Assembly (NCBI GenBank): GCA_001643675.2
Contig: LSRY02000066.1
Location: forward strand, 271,015-335,014
DNA length: 64,000 nucleotides
Reading direction: 5' to 3'
DNA from: Monocercomonoides exilis PA203
Taxonomy: Eukaryota; Protista; Preaxostyla
Of the stretch, positions 26,801-40,122 are shown piece after piece; within the stretch, counting starts at the first letter, position 1; each line of letters starts with the position of its first letter. A program made the position numbers and the translations under genes. Under the pieces are notes generated by a model, which was not told the origin of the DNA, did not search any database, and saw only the letters and a list, made by a program, of their open reading frames with translations.

Positions 26801-27110
26801 AAAGAACACGCCCAACAAATGATTGAAGCCTGTGTTGATGAAGTGAAAAGAATGTTGTTTGCCAAGCACCGAAGAAATACAGAAAATAGCAACAGAAATA
26901 ACAAACGAGTTGACAAAAATATCAGTTAAAATAAAATGACAAAAATGCAAACCACTCCAAGTTTTCTCTATCCACGGGGTAATTATCATAAGTCCCAAGA
27001 AATAGTTTGAAGCGTCCTTCCAATTCAGAACAAAACGAAGGAGCACATGCTTTCAAATTCACCTGGACACAACAGTACAAATGGCAAGGGCACATAAAAA
27101 CACAAAATAA
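23890..27110 (-). pseudogene. Disrupted multi-exon gene, helical-repeat-like; boundaries approximate
   Basis: Coding-like segments (KPIGPEAPAIPIAERE.., GRSFKVKLQNVIDLC..FPVE*LMVYG, HGILQPIHRLLHS.., KEELLRRLLSW..) switch frame near 26290, 25410 and 25200. There is an in-frame TAG near 26172. Confidence 0.6.
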
Positions 27111-29809
27111 TAGTCAAAATGGAAGTCCTTAAAAACATTTTTTAAAAAAAATTCTCATCACACATGCAATAACTCCAATTGATGGCTCAGAAAACGAATG
27201 TTGTAATCCGAATGGCTCTCCGAAAAATGATTCGTGAGCGTCATCGAAACAGACTCTCATATTCCAATAACTTTCATGATCCGCAGAAGAAAGACAAGAT
27301 AATCTGCAATTGGTTCGATTCTATGATCCATCAGGAAGTGAGAGGATCTTCGCCTTCTTCACATTCATCTTCGTTGAAGAAGAAGCAATTGAAAAATGTT
27401 AAATCAGTCGTACGAAATTCGAGAAGTTGAAAATAATTTGTATGAAGTTGTGATTGGACTAAATATTAAATTCAAAAGTTGATTTCATATATGGCAAGAC
27501 AATAGTTATCGTAATATTTGTTGAATGCTGAAGAAAATTGATTGATGAAAGATGATATCCTCAGTTCGTTGACTTTCTTTTTGCATTATCCTCTGTTTTC
27601 TCTTCAAAAGCAAAAAATGTAAATATCTCTCAATTTCCATTCCTTTCCATTCCCCTCTTCCATTCGAGCACCAAAATCATCAGAAAATATCAACCTTTTC
27701 TTTTCTTCATTTTTCCCATTCTCTTCAAAAAAATATTCTTTTCCTCTCAAAAAATATCCCACTTCCAAACAAACACTTCAGAATACTCTTTTTCTTTCCT
27801 GCTTTTGCCCTCTTTTCCTTTTTTCAAAATCCATTTCTCCAATCAACAATAATCACCTTCTTCATCCTCAGCCACTTCTCTACATATTTGCTATATTATC
27901 TTCTCAAAATCTCCACCCACTCTTCCCCGCCCCTTTGTATCAGAATTTCTTTCAATCAAAAATCATTCTTGAAACATTAACATTCAAAAATATATTCAAC
28001 TCCCACCCCCTGCCACAAATAATCCTCTTCCATCTCCTCTCTGCCCCATATATCTCCTGCACCAGACGTTGATGAGATAAACCTCAAATACTGTTTTGGA
28101 TGGTTGAGAATATTATTAAAGGAGATGATCATGCCAAAAACAGAAAAAAACACCTCTGGACATCCACCATGATGTGTACGGGCCGAAAAGACCCTCCAGT
28201 AAGATACACGATGTATTTTGTGGAGATGCGTTCCATGCTTCAATTTGACCATTCTGAGACTGAAATGAAGAGATTGATTTATTTTGAATGATGATGGCTG
28301 TGGAGATGAGGCTGTTTGGCAAAAAACAAATGAAGTGCAGTTTAATCTTTATTTATTTATCTTTATATGAGTATTTATTCGTTGACTGTTTTTTGTTTTA
28401 TTTTTAGGGCAGGAGGTGGAAATGAATGAAAATGAATGAAAGCATAATATCTCGTTGTGCAGGGTGGCTATGGAGTTGGGAGAGCGAATTCATATGGAAA
28501 GCGTGCATGATGAATAAATTGGGAAGGGAATTTGAAATGTTAATTTTTAAAGAAGTAGTTGAATTTATTAAACAAACAAAAACCTCTTCTTTTCGATAAA
28601 AGAAGAAACATAAAAAGGAGAAAAGGCTATTTGAAAGGACGATATGTTAGCAAGCCGCAAGACCTGCGGAAATTCATTGATTCAATTTACAATTTTCTAT
28701 TTCAACTTATCTTATTATATTCTTTTTCAATAGCATTATTTAACTAATTTTTGAATGCAAAATTTATTTATTTCGTTGTCTTAATTATTGTTATCATGTT
28801 TATTTATCCAGAAAGCTTTGGTTTTTTTCCGTTTGTCAAATTTTCGAAATTTTTTGCAGAAATTATATCAATTTCTCAAAATTTGAAGTTAAAACAATTT
28901 GAAATGAATAAATATCTGAAAATAATTTATTATATTAATATATAAAACTATATTTTCACAAAATTATACAAAAATATTTTCTTATCAACTCCACCCTTAA
29001 TGAAAATAATTTTTGATCAAACATCGGAATTATTTATGATATCAAAAAAAATCACCCACCTTTGAAAAAAAAATACCACGAAAAAAGTTATAATTTCATA
29101 AATAATCACCCATATGTCTTAATTTTTTTGAAAAGTCACTATCGATTTATTGATCTGATAATAATATAAAATATAGAATTATTTGATAAATCCTTCTGAA
29201 TGAATCGATAATTTAAAATCAAATAAACATTCATAGAAAAATATAAAATTTCTAGCAAATAATGTTTGCGGGGTGTTTTGTAATTAACTTCCATGGGATA
29301 AATTATTGATCTGAAGCAACTTTTCAAAAAGAATAATTCTGTTGTTTTAATAATATAATGAAGAAAAAGACAAATTCACTTGATCTTGATTGCCAAAAAC
29401 GTTACAAGAATTACACGTCACATTCAAATAAGATTATTTTTAATATTACAGAAAATACGAAAAATTATCCACAAAGAAACAAATAAATGAGTTAATTTAT
29501 TTGATATATTTACAAAAGGTATTTTATTAAAAAAATATCACAAATGAATAATAATAATATAAAACAACGTTCGATACTTTCTGAAAATGCCTTTTATTTG
29601 AAAATAAATTTTGCAAAAGAAAAATTGAAAGTGATTAAAAAATAAAACGCCAAATCAAATTATAAAATGCATTAAACAAACTTCAAATCAGATATAAGAT
29701 TAAATGAAACAAAAAACACATCGCAAAAATATTTCAAAGTATATTTTCCATGATGTTGTGAAAATTTCAAAGCACCATATTAAAAATGTTGCATTATTGC
29801 AAGTAGCAT

Positions 29810-31915
29810 TTAACAATATATCTTAAAACTTGTGTTATAGAACTTATTCCTTTCTTCTTGTCTTATACTTATTAGTTCGAATGAGTCATGAAGATTTGTT
29901 AATGTCACAGCAACAACAATCTCATTATTGCCTGTTTCTGCGCAATAAGGTAAGATTTGTTGATTGTTAAAAAAGTAGCAGCGACCTTTGCGATTCAAAA
30001 GGTTAATGTCAAGTTGGACGTTTAGCGATGGTTCAGAGCTAACTCCAAAATGCGTCTGCTTACGATAGAACGTTGAACTGCAAAAAATTTCATTAATGAA
30101 TAAAAAATTAAATTAAAGAAATAATTTTGTTTGTTTGAGACATCAAAATAATCAAACTCATGAATGTTTAAGCCTAATGTTCCGTTCTCGTCTCCAATAG
30201 ACCTGGATAATACTTGAATTGGTCCGTAAACAATGCCAACTCCTATTTATGTGGATCATCAAACAACAAAAGAAAAACCGCAATTTCCAACATTAAACAT
30301 AAACGTAATAAATCAAAACAAACTGTTATTCCATGAATGTTCCAGAAATCTTAATGAAACAATCCATCTTCCTTGACTCAACGCGGGAAAGAAAATTATT
30401 GTTGCTGGATTATTGCCATTCAGCGTAAATCTTGAACCGTTCTGGATTATCGCGTCTGTGGGCTTAACAAAAGGTGTTACAGAACCATGTTCAATGCTGC
30501 GGAGTGGAACGAGACGAGAAAAATCAAAAGCTAAATGTGTTCTATCAAATCGAGGTGCTAAAGAAATTGAAGAAGAAGAAGAAGAAGCCGAAGAAGAAGA
30601 GGAAGAGGAAGAAGACGATGACGAAGAAGAATATATATTCCTTGTCTCTTTGAGTATATTTCTTTCATCAAATGGAAAGTTGATTTCATGATTTACTAAA
30701 TCTGAATGTGACACATTGGACAACTTTAATCTGTAAATAAAATAAAATTCATACTTGCTTTGCCAACAACATTTAAAAAAGGGAAAAGAATAGGAGATGA
30801 GGGATGCAATTTTTCAGAATGATCATAAGGAAATGATGGTTTTATTATTTCTTCATTAATGACTTTTTCCTTTTCATCATCATCATCTTTTTCCACAATA
30901 ACATTTTCTGTAATTTCATCTGGTATTAAACTGAAGAATGTTCCAAGTAACCCCAAACAAAGTGTTGAAATTTCTGTATTTTCACATTTAGACAGTTGTC
31001 GAATAATGGATTTCGTAATTATAAGCATTTCATATTGCTCTTTCTTCTTTAATTCGTCACTGATTTTATTTTCTTCGCCTTCATCACCTTCAAATATCTT
31101 TTTTGTTTTTGCTTCTTCAGGATCATAATCAAAACGAGAGGCTACAACTCCAATAGTTCGTATCAAATTTGCTTTTGTTGAATAATCAATAGAATTACTA
31201 ACCAATAATTCTTTAAATTGTAAAAATGTTGGGAGAGACAACATTGCCTCTTGTAATAATTCATCTCCCTGAATAGAAGAATATAATGCAGATGAAGCTG
31301 TCTGAGAAACAAGCGGAATTGTTGACTGAAAATTATTGTTTGATTTATTCATAAAACAGAAAAACAAAAAGATAAAAGATAAAAAAAATATCAATAAATA
31401 ATTAAATATATAAACCTGCATCATCTGAAACAAAAGGATTAATTTGTAGCTTTGAATATTATCTGATGAAGGACGAAGAGCAAAATTTGTGATAATTGAA
31501 AGAAGATTCATGCAGTTATACTGCAACATAAAATAAATAAATAACATTCAACAGAATAATTTATCAAAAACAAACAAACTTTAATGTCCATATCAATTTC
31601 TTTCGAAATCAAATCTGAAATAATGGATAAAACTTGAAATTGTAACATTTTCAAAATACAACTTGGATCTTTTTGAATGCAATGCATTTAAATTTGCAGA
31701 AATAATAGTGCAAACCATATAATGCTAATAAGGTAATCTTCATCAAATTTTCTTTAATCTTAGCGTTATCACTTTTTAATCTTGATATAAGTTTTGGAAG
31801 TGAATCTTGCTTTTGTTCAACAATAAAATCTTCAAGTCCAAATTCTAAAATATCAAACGTTCAAATCATCTTCGACAGTGGAAATATTTGATTGAAATAA
31901 GTTGCAATATTCCAT
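29810..31915 (-). CDS. Hypothetical multi-exon protein: helical N-terminus plus C-terminal SPRY/B30.2-like beta domain
   Basis: ORFs 30726-31547, 30313-30723 and 29810-29998 are separated by AT-rich intron-like gaps. The C-terminal strands (IGVGIV.., VQLDINL..CYFFNN..LPY) resemble SPRY. There is an apparent 1-nt frameshift near 31860. Confidence 0.55.
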
Positions 31916-32129
31916 GAATTGAAAAAAATAAATATGTTATTGATCAATTGTAACCATTAACAACTTTATCTTTGGCATTTTTCATAATTTGATTTGAAAC
32001 AAATAAATTTATTTGTAGAAAATGAAGAAAATATTTATGTTGTTTTATTATTTTTATTTAGAAAGCACGAAAAACCTTTTAAATAAAAAGAATTCCAATT
32101 GATTGATGTGATAGTAATATTCTGAAAAA

Positions 32130-35100
32130 TCAAGATTCTGGATCAACGTGAGCGAAGGTGCACTTGTCGCCATGTTTGCACCAACCAGCCAGTGTGTAAA
32201 ACATGCAGATGGCCTTTGTCTTGGGGGTGATGGAAGAGTTGTGCCTTTTTGGGTCCAAGTCGATGTCGACGACTCTGAAGTTGTTGGATGCGGTGGGGAG
32301 GTTGGGCTCGACGGTGAAGGAGGCAGCGATGCCAGGAGAAAGAAAAGAGAGCTGAGAAGGTTTGATCTTTCGGGTGTCCAAAAAGACGTTGTCGAGAAAA
32401 GAGCGGCAGGCAATCCACCCTCTCCGCTGGTCGAGGGAGTAGTTGCCCAGCAGATAGCCTGTGAAGACAGTCGAAGGGGAAGGAGGAGAGTCTCTCGAGT
32501 AATGCACAAGAGACGAAGATGACTGGAATGATGATAATGATGATGATGATGATGAAGGAGAGGAAGAAGGAGAGGAAGAGGAAGAGGAAGAGGAAGAGAA
32601 AGAAGAAGAAGAGGAGGAGGAGGAAGAGGAAGAAGGAGGATTATTTGGAGATAAAGAAGAAGAAGAAGAGGAAGAGGAAGAAGAAGGAAGAGAGACATTT
32701 GTGATTGAAGGAAAAGGAGGAAGAGAAGGAGAAGAAGGAGGAAGAGAGGGAGAGAGAGAGGGAGAAGAGGAATAAGACGAAAGAGAAGGAGAAAGGGAAG
32801 GAGCAGAAGGAAACGGAGACAAAGGCGAAGAAGGCGAAGGAGAAGCATTTTGATCTTCTTTTGCTTTCTTCTTCTTTCCTTTTCTGTTGTTGTCCCTTGG
32901 CTGATTGGATGAAGCAGACGAAGCAGACAAAAGGGGCTGTGGCTCAGATGAGAGAGGATTCAATGAAGAAGAAGAAGAAGATGATGATGATGATGAAAAT
33001 GAAGGAGTTGTTCTGTTTTCTTGTTTGTCTGCTTTGTTGTTTGTTTCTTTTTCGTTCGTCTTTCTATTTGCCATCTGAAACACTTCTGCCATATTCTTGT
33101 CGAATGGAACAGACAAAAGTTGTCTTTTTATTTCTTCTTTCTCTTCTTTCTCTTCTTTTTCTTTTTCTTCTTTCTCTTCTCTTCTGACTGACAAAAACAG
33201 ATCAGAAACAGCAGAAGGAACAGACACAAAAGAAGAAGATGACTTCAGCTGAGGAAAAATAGAAGAGAATGAAGAAAGTGAAAGAGGAGGTGAAATAAAT
33301 GAAGAAGATGATAAAAGAGAAGAAGAAGAAGAAGAAGAGATAGTTTTATTGGAGTTGTTCATCATCAATGGAAACACTTTTCGTTCTGTTTGTATTTCAT
33401 TCTGTGTATCCTGTTTTGATTGTTTCATTCTTTCATTCAATGTCATCTCGTTATCTTGTTCATTCATCTTATTTGTGATGCTGCCTCCTTTTCTCATTCT
33501 CCCTCCTTCATTTTCCTCTTTCTCTCCTTCTCTTTCTCTTTCCTCTTCTCTTCCACACAAATCAAGATGGATGTTGTTGATGTTGTAGTTGTTGATAACT
33601 GACTGATTAACATGTGTATGTGAATGATGAATGCGATGAGCATGTTTCAACGAGCCTAATTTGGATGCTGTGCTGAAAGGAAGATATGAACATATGCGGT
33701 GCAGATGAAGCAATTGCTCGCTATAAAACATCAGAAACGACGAAGACAACGTTGGAACAGGAAAAAGAGAGGAATTCATTGAAGATGGAATTGATAAATC
33801 AGAAATAGAAGAAGAAGAATTAGAATTGGAATTAGAATTAGAAGAAGAAGAAGAAGGTGATGATGATGATGAAGACGAAGAAGATGCTAATGGAAGAACA
33901 GGAGTTGAATTTGGAGAAGAAGATGATAATTTTGATGAAGAAGGTGCAATTGATTTGTTTATGGTTGTTTGATGTGCCTCATTTTTGCCGGCAAGAGTGC
34001 TCAAAACATAATCAAAGATGTCATATTTTGAGTGTATCTTCTTCGTCTTTGTTTGTTTTCCTTCTTTTTCTTTTTCTTTTTCTTTTTCTTTTTCTTTTTC
34101 TTTCTCTTTCTCTTTCTCTTTCTCTTTATCTTTTTCTCTTTCTTTGCTTTTTGATTTATCTTTATCTTTTTCCTTTTCTTTTCTTTTATCTTTTTCTTTC
34201 TCTTTTTCTTTTTCTTTCTCTTCAGTTTTCGTTTCATTTTCCTCTTTCTTCGCTTTATTTCTCTTTTGGTGCTTGGAAAAGTTGAATTGCGAATAAAAAT
34301 AGTTCATTTCCTCTTCTTCCTCCTTCCTCTCCTTCTTCATTTTCATCCTCTCTTGTTCCAATCTCAACAGAACTGCCTTCTCTTTTTGCTCTTCTTCCTC
34401 TCCCATCTTATTCCTCCTGCCAACAACACCTCTTCCTTCTCTTTTGATTACTTTATTCATCATCATCTTCTGTTCTCTTTCTCTTTCTCTTTCTCTCTCT
34501 TTATTCTCATATTTATTCTCATATCCATATCCATATCCATATCCATATTCATCATTATTGTTATTGATATTATCATTATCCTTATCATATTCATCGTTGT
34601 ATTCATCATCCTCTCTGTTGTTGAGTTCCCTCAGTCCATTCGTCTTCTGAATGAGTTCTGATATTTCTGTCCCGTTCATCCCTCTCTCATTCTGTCTCAT
34701 CCATTTGCCTGCCACAAAATCCAGCTGAGAAACAACTGCAGACAGAAACGAGGAAGGCGAAGGGAGAAACATCGAAGGCGAAAGGGCGAGTGAGGAGGAG
34801 GAGGAGAGGAGAGAGGGGAGATGGCTGAGAGAGGGGTGAGAGAGGAAATAGTGTGTCAGCTGCTGAAGAGAAGGGCGGGGGATGATTGGAGCAGAAAGAG
34901 GAACAAACAGAAGATGAGGAGGAAGACAGGCAGAAGGAGAAAGAGGAGAAAGAGGAGAAAGAGAAGGAGAGAGGAGATCACTGGAGACATCATCTGAGAA
35001 GGGGAAGGTGCTCGAAAAGGGAAGAGACGAAGGAGAAGGAGAAGGAGGAGAAGAAGATGACTGCATAATTGATGTTGAAATAGAAGAAGAATTGTTATTA

Positions 35101-36749
35101 TCAGTATTATCAGTATTAGCTGAAGTAGTAGTAGTAGCAGAAGAAGAAGAAGTCGAAGAAGAAGAACGAACTGACAACAATTGAGGATTCGATGCTAAAC
35201 CAGATGAAAATGTCAGAGGAGGATATTTGCTTGTTGAGCTGCTGATGTTTGGGTCTTTGAAAAACTCTGATTTTTCTCTCTTTAAAAGATGATGAAAAAG
35301 ATACGATGAAACATTCAACGGAAAGATCGGTTTGGAATATGCAGACAGCAACTGAGAGGAAGAGGACGATGTTGACATACAAACTGTCTTATTTGGTTGA
35401 AACAGAGCAGATGAAGATGTCTGTGAAGAAGAAGAAGAAGAAGAAGCTGATGATGATGATGATGATGATGTTGTTGTTGTTGTCGTCGTCGTTGCAGAAG
35501 GTGCATCAATTGAGTCAGAAGAAGGAAATGTTGAAGATTCTTCTGAAGGAACAGCCGACGATATCGATTGAGAAAATAACTTATTTTGCCTTGAATGGTT
35601 CATGCTAGCAAAATTATTGCCTTCTTCTTCGACTTCTTCTTCAATGGCACCATTGAGTTTGTTCGTGTACTGTTTCATTTCTTCTCTTTGGCTTTTTTTC
35701 AATGCTTCTGCAAATGCATAATCCTGTTCCATCATCTCTGCAAAATATTCATCTGGCATAAACATTTGTCCAAACACAGACTTTTCCTCATCATTAATAT
35801 AAGACTTGGGAAACACAATATCGCTGCTTAGTTCTTTCGTCTGACATGCGTTATATATTCCCTGAGCAGCGAATTCAATATGGCTGTTGAACTCAAGTTG
35901 TGACTCTCTTTCTTTTTTTATCAAATTTGCTTCAAGATCCCACAACGTTTTATGAAGTTCAGAAAATAATGAATGAATAGAATTTATTCTCTTTTCATAA
36001 TACTCTGGAAGCTAATATATGTATATAGCAAAATCAAAAAAAAATTTTTTTTTTTGAAACAGAAAACATAAGATGAACACGCATTTATCAATTTTTAACA
36101 CTTTTGAGGACAATAACAAACCATTTGAGATAATTGATAAAGTTGTTTAAGATTGCACGTAGATTCATTTTTAAGAAAAGAAGAACAAAGTGCAGTATCA
36201 TAATTAAATTTGTTGAGGCATAAAATCGCACTTTTCAAAGTAGCATGCGAAAGCTGATAATCTGAAAGCTTCTGATGTGATAAAAACGAATAATCAACGG
36301 TACATGGATGAGACCGATGAAATTTAACGGTTGGACAATTCACGCACACAGACTTCATTTCAAAAATTAATATTAAAAAATTTGATTTTTAACTAAAACA
36401 GAAAAAACAAAGAAGGAAAAAATTAAACCTGACCACATTCTAGACAATATAAATAAAAATGCGGTGTGCTGACAATATCGCAAGGTTTTTGATTTCCTTT
36501 CCACGACAATAGAAAAGAAGCAGAATGATCAAATGTATCGGTCATATGACGTTTCACAAAGCAAGATGAACAAAAAGTAGCCTTACAGTTATGACAAAAT
36601 ACATGATTGAATTCTTCGTGACAATGCTGGCATAAGGTGTTATGCTCAAAAACTTGTTGGAGCGCTTGCAATGAACGATTTTGTTTCGATTTCTCGGGAC
36701 GTGTATCAGGTTTCTGACTTGCCCCCTTTAATGCTGCTCTATTAATCAT
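32130..36749 (-). CDS. Tandem B-box zinc fingers + coiled coil + low-complexity region + C-terminal CCCH zinc finger protein; introns 36353-36428, 36012-36121
   Basis: B-box-like motifs CQHC..FCHNCKATFCSSCFVKRH and YCLECGQ|SVCVNC..HRSH. C-x8-C-x5-C-x3-H (CMFYTLAGWCKHGDKCTFAH) lies at the C-terminus. Both splice junctions keep the frame. Confidence 0.78.
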
Positions 36750-37075
36750 ATGTTGGCACTTTGTGTTAGCCCCTGTACTCTGTTCAGTCCTGTGGAATCA
36801 ATAGAACTTTTTTCCCAAGGTCCAAATGGGTTATTCTTTGATCAGATTTTTTTGCAAAAATTAAAAAGGCTGTGATCAAATGAAAATATAGACACTTTAA
36901 TCAATCCAATGAAATTAATAATATTAAAATAATGAGCATATTGAAAACAAAGCCACGAAAACAATTTTCATTCAAGTTTTTTTTTTTGTAAGCTTTGATT
37001 TTCAATTTGTGATGAACATTCGCATTTATTTCAGAAATTCTTACCAACCCAATTATAAAACTTATCGAGAAGCCG

Positions 37076-37603
37076 ATGTTATATTTGTTACATTATATAT
37101 CAACCGTCTTTGCGCTAGAAATTGGAGAAAAAGCACCGGACTTTGTTTTATTTAATCAACATGGAAAAGCTGTAAATTTTTCTGAACAAATTGGAAAAGG
37201 TCCTGTAGTAGTATTTTTTTATCCAAAAGATAATTCAATTGTGTGCACGAAAGAGGTCATAGCATTCCAAGCACTTGAGCCACAATTTCATGATTTGGGA
37301 GCAAAAATATTTGGAATAAGCTCAGATTCTGTGGAATCTCATGCAGATTTTGCTAAAAAGCACGATTTGACATACGATTTACTTGCAGACGTTAATTCAA
37401 AAATTAGAAAGGAATGGGATGTCCCCAAAGCTTTATTTTTGAATGGTCGGTCGACATACACATTTGATGAAAATGGAATTCTGCGAAATATTTTCACAGG
37501 ATATTTTAAAGGATTAGAGCATGCTACAAATGCTTTAGAGCAAGTGAAAAAATTGGTTGGATACGAAGACGAAGATCATTCTACTCACGATGACTCTCTT
37601 TAG
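37076..37603 (+). CDS. bcp: BCP/PrxQ-type peroxiredoxin, 1-Cys, with putative signal peptide
   Basis: Motifs G.KAPDF.L, FFYPKDNSIVCTKE (PxxxSxxC), GISSDS..SH..FA.KH.L...LL.D and R.TY..D..G. Confidence 0.92.
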   Translation: MLYLLHYISTVFALEIGEKAPDFVLFNQHGKAVNFSEQIGKGPVVVFFYPKDNSIVCTKEVIAFQALEPQFHDLGAKIFGISSDSVESHADFAKKHDLTYDLLADVNSKIRKEWDVPKALFLNGRSTYTFDENGILRNIFTGYFKGLEHATNALEQVKKLVGYEDEDHSTHDDSL

Positions 37604-37944
37604 CATGAACAATTTTCAAATTTTATTTTATTTAAAAAAATGTTTTTTCATTAAATAAACTATTTTTCTTTTATAATTTCATTAAGCTTATAGGATATTA
37701 TATTCTCTCTCTTTATTTTTTTGTAAAATGATAAAATATAATTCGTTTTTGAAGTATTATAGTAATGAATGTTTAATTTTTACTCAAGAAAACAAAAAAT
37801 ATTTTTTTGAATGTGTAATGAAAGAAGTGTGAAGTTAATGTTTGGTAAATAAAAAGGTGCTCCGGATTTTAGAGCAAAAACTTTTAGAAATGTAGTGAAA
37901 CTGGAATGAACCATTCAACGAAAGAAAAAATCATTTCTTTGGCT

Positions 37945-40052
37945 TTATTTTCTTTTTGGTTTTTGGTTCTTTGAAGTCTTTGGAGTCGAAGAAGAAGAAG
38001 AAGAAGATTTAGAATTCTCTTTCTTTGGTTGAGATGGTTCTTTTTTCGACTTTCTTTTTGATACTTCTTTGGCTTCATCATCTTCATTCTTTTCAACTTT
38101 CACCTTTTCTTTTTCCACAATGCCATTTTCACTCGATTCATCTTCTTCTTTCGATTCTTCTTCTTCTTTGTCGCTTTCTTTTAGCTCATCCTTTTTTGTA
38201 ATTTTTTTGGCTTTTCTGTCTTTTTCATCTTCTTCGTCTAAATCTCTTTGCAGCTTGTTCAACTGCATCATAAGTTTCTCCTTTTCCAATCTAAGTTTTC
38301 TTTCCTCTTCTTTTAACCTTTCTTCCTCTTCCTCTTCTTTTCTTCTCTTTTCCATTTTCAATTCCACTTCCCTTTGGACTTCAGCATCGATCCTTTCCCA
38401 CTCCTTTTTCTGCTGTCTCCGAAGTTCAAATGCGCTCAATTTCTTTTTGCCATCTCCAGTCGCGTTGCCTCCTTTGCTTCGTGTGCATCTTCCGCAGTTT
38501 GTCTGGCAGCACACAACAATCCCCATCACCAGCAAAACGACAACAAGCAACGACAAAACGATCACAATCACAAACACCAAAGGATGGTCTTCAAGGAATT
38601 CGTTTCCAAATTCCTTAACAGAAGAGAACAGAGAAGAAATAACACCATGCTTCGTTGGCTTACTTGCTTCTTCTCGTTTCCTTCTCTCTTCCCTTCGAAT
38701 CTCATCAAGCCTCACTTTTTCTTCTTCCTCTATTTGATGCCTTTTCGACCATGTTTCATTTGCAACTCGTTCAGCTTCTTCAACAGAATCTGCAATGAGG
38801 ATGTCGTCAAATAAAAGTCCTTCTTTTATGTTCAAAATCTCAAATCCTATTCCACCTGCTTTTATGTGCCCAAAATCCACTCCTTCATAATCTGTATAGT
38901 TCTCGTTCTTTATCGTCCGAGCCTTCCATTCGCCTTTGTATTCTGGGTTTGGAATCAATCTCGGCTTCCACATGCCTCTGTACTTGGGATTCTTCTTCAT
39001 CGGAGGCTTCCACTCCCCACAGCCGTGAAGGACGCACATCGGATTGCGGATCTGCGGTGGATGCCATTCGCCTTTGATCTCTTCGTCCCAATCTGCCGGC
39101 TTGACTGCCTTTGGATCATCCAAAAAGGGCTGCGTATCTTCGTCCCAATCATCAGGCATAGTTGCCTCTTTATCTTCAATAAATTCCGGCTCTGATTCAT
39201 CCCAGTCTGCTGGTTTTGCATCACTTGGATCAGGAATTTGTCTGATTTCTACCCAATCGTCTGGCTTTTTATCGTTAGGATCTATTATCTCCTTTGGGCC
39301 TAGCAATGGAGGATTGAAGCAACTGGAATTAAAAAGATCACCACTTATTCCAATTTCTCCATCAATAGAGATATCAAAAAAATGCTTATCATGAATTACA
39401 AGTCTATACAGATGCGTTGAATTATCCCAACGTGCAAGTTTTTGTTCAGTTAATTGATGTATAGTTGCCACTTTATTGATTGGATTCACCGAACGGAACA
39501 GAAACTGCACCGTATTTTTACTTCCACATCTGTCAGGTCCAAACATAATTGCATAATCAGAAGAACCATCAAATGATTTTGGATCAAAAGTTTCGGTTAA
39601 CAGTTTGATATACCCACCACCGCAGTCAAACGGAGGTTTTTGAACTTTCATTTCATATTGCAACACGAACTCATCACCTTTAGTTACAATACTTTTCTTT
39701 GTTGAAATTGCGTGCAAGGATTTAGGAGACAACGTTGTGAGTCCTTAATAAAATTTGAAATTATTAAAAAACAAAATATTTATTAAATGGCAAATACATG
39801 GAAAAATTACCTTTTCTTCCTTCATCAATCACATCTTCAGTTCTATTTTCAATTGCCCATGATCCGTTATAGCTTGGATTTTCCGAGTGGATCCATTTAG
39901 TACCAATTGTATCTTCTTCAAAATCTTCGAAAAACACAATCTATTGAAAATTATTTAAGCAAATTCACATTATAATTTTAACGGAAATAACGACAAAAAT
40001 ACTTCCGCTATACCTCGCTATAAGCGGATGCAACTAAAAAGATAAATATCAT
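37945..40052 (-). CDS. CANX: Calnexin; introns 39941-40013, 39744-39810
   Basis: Signal peptide, lectin motifs QYE..CGGGYIKL and IMFGPDRCG, P-domain repeats (I.DP...KP.DW and G.W.P..I.NP.Y), one TM helix and an acidic/basic tail ending KPKRK. Confidence 0.96.
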
Positions 40053-40122
40053 TCAAAAATCACAATTTAATATTACCATTAATTATCTTTGAAAAATCCA
40101 TCCCATACGAAAATTTTATGAG

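Noticed and set aside
31850-31870. Programmed frameshift or 14-nt micro-intron at the 5' end of the SPRY-like gene
   Set aside because: Removing GTTTGATATTTTAG leads to a stop. A 1-nt sequencing error or mutation is simpler.
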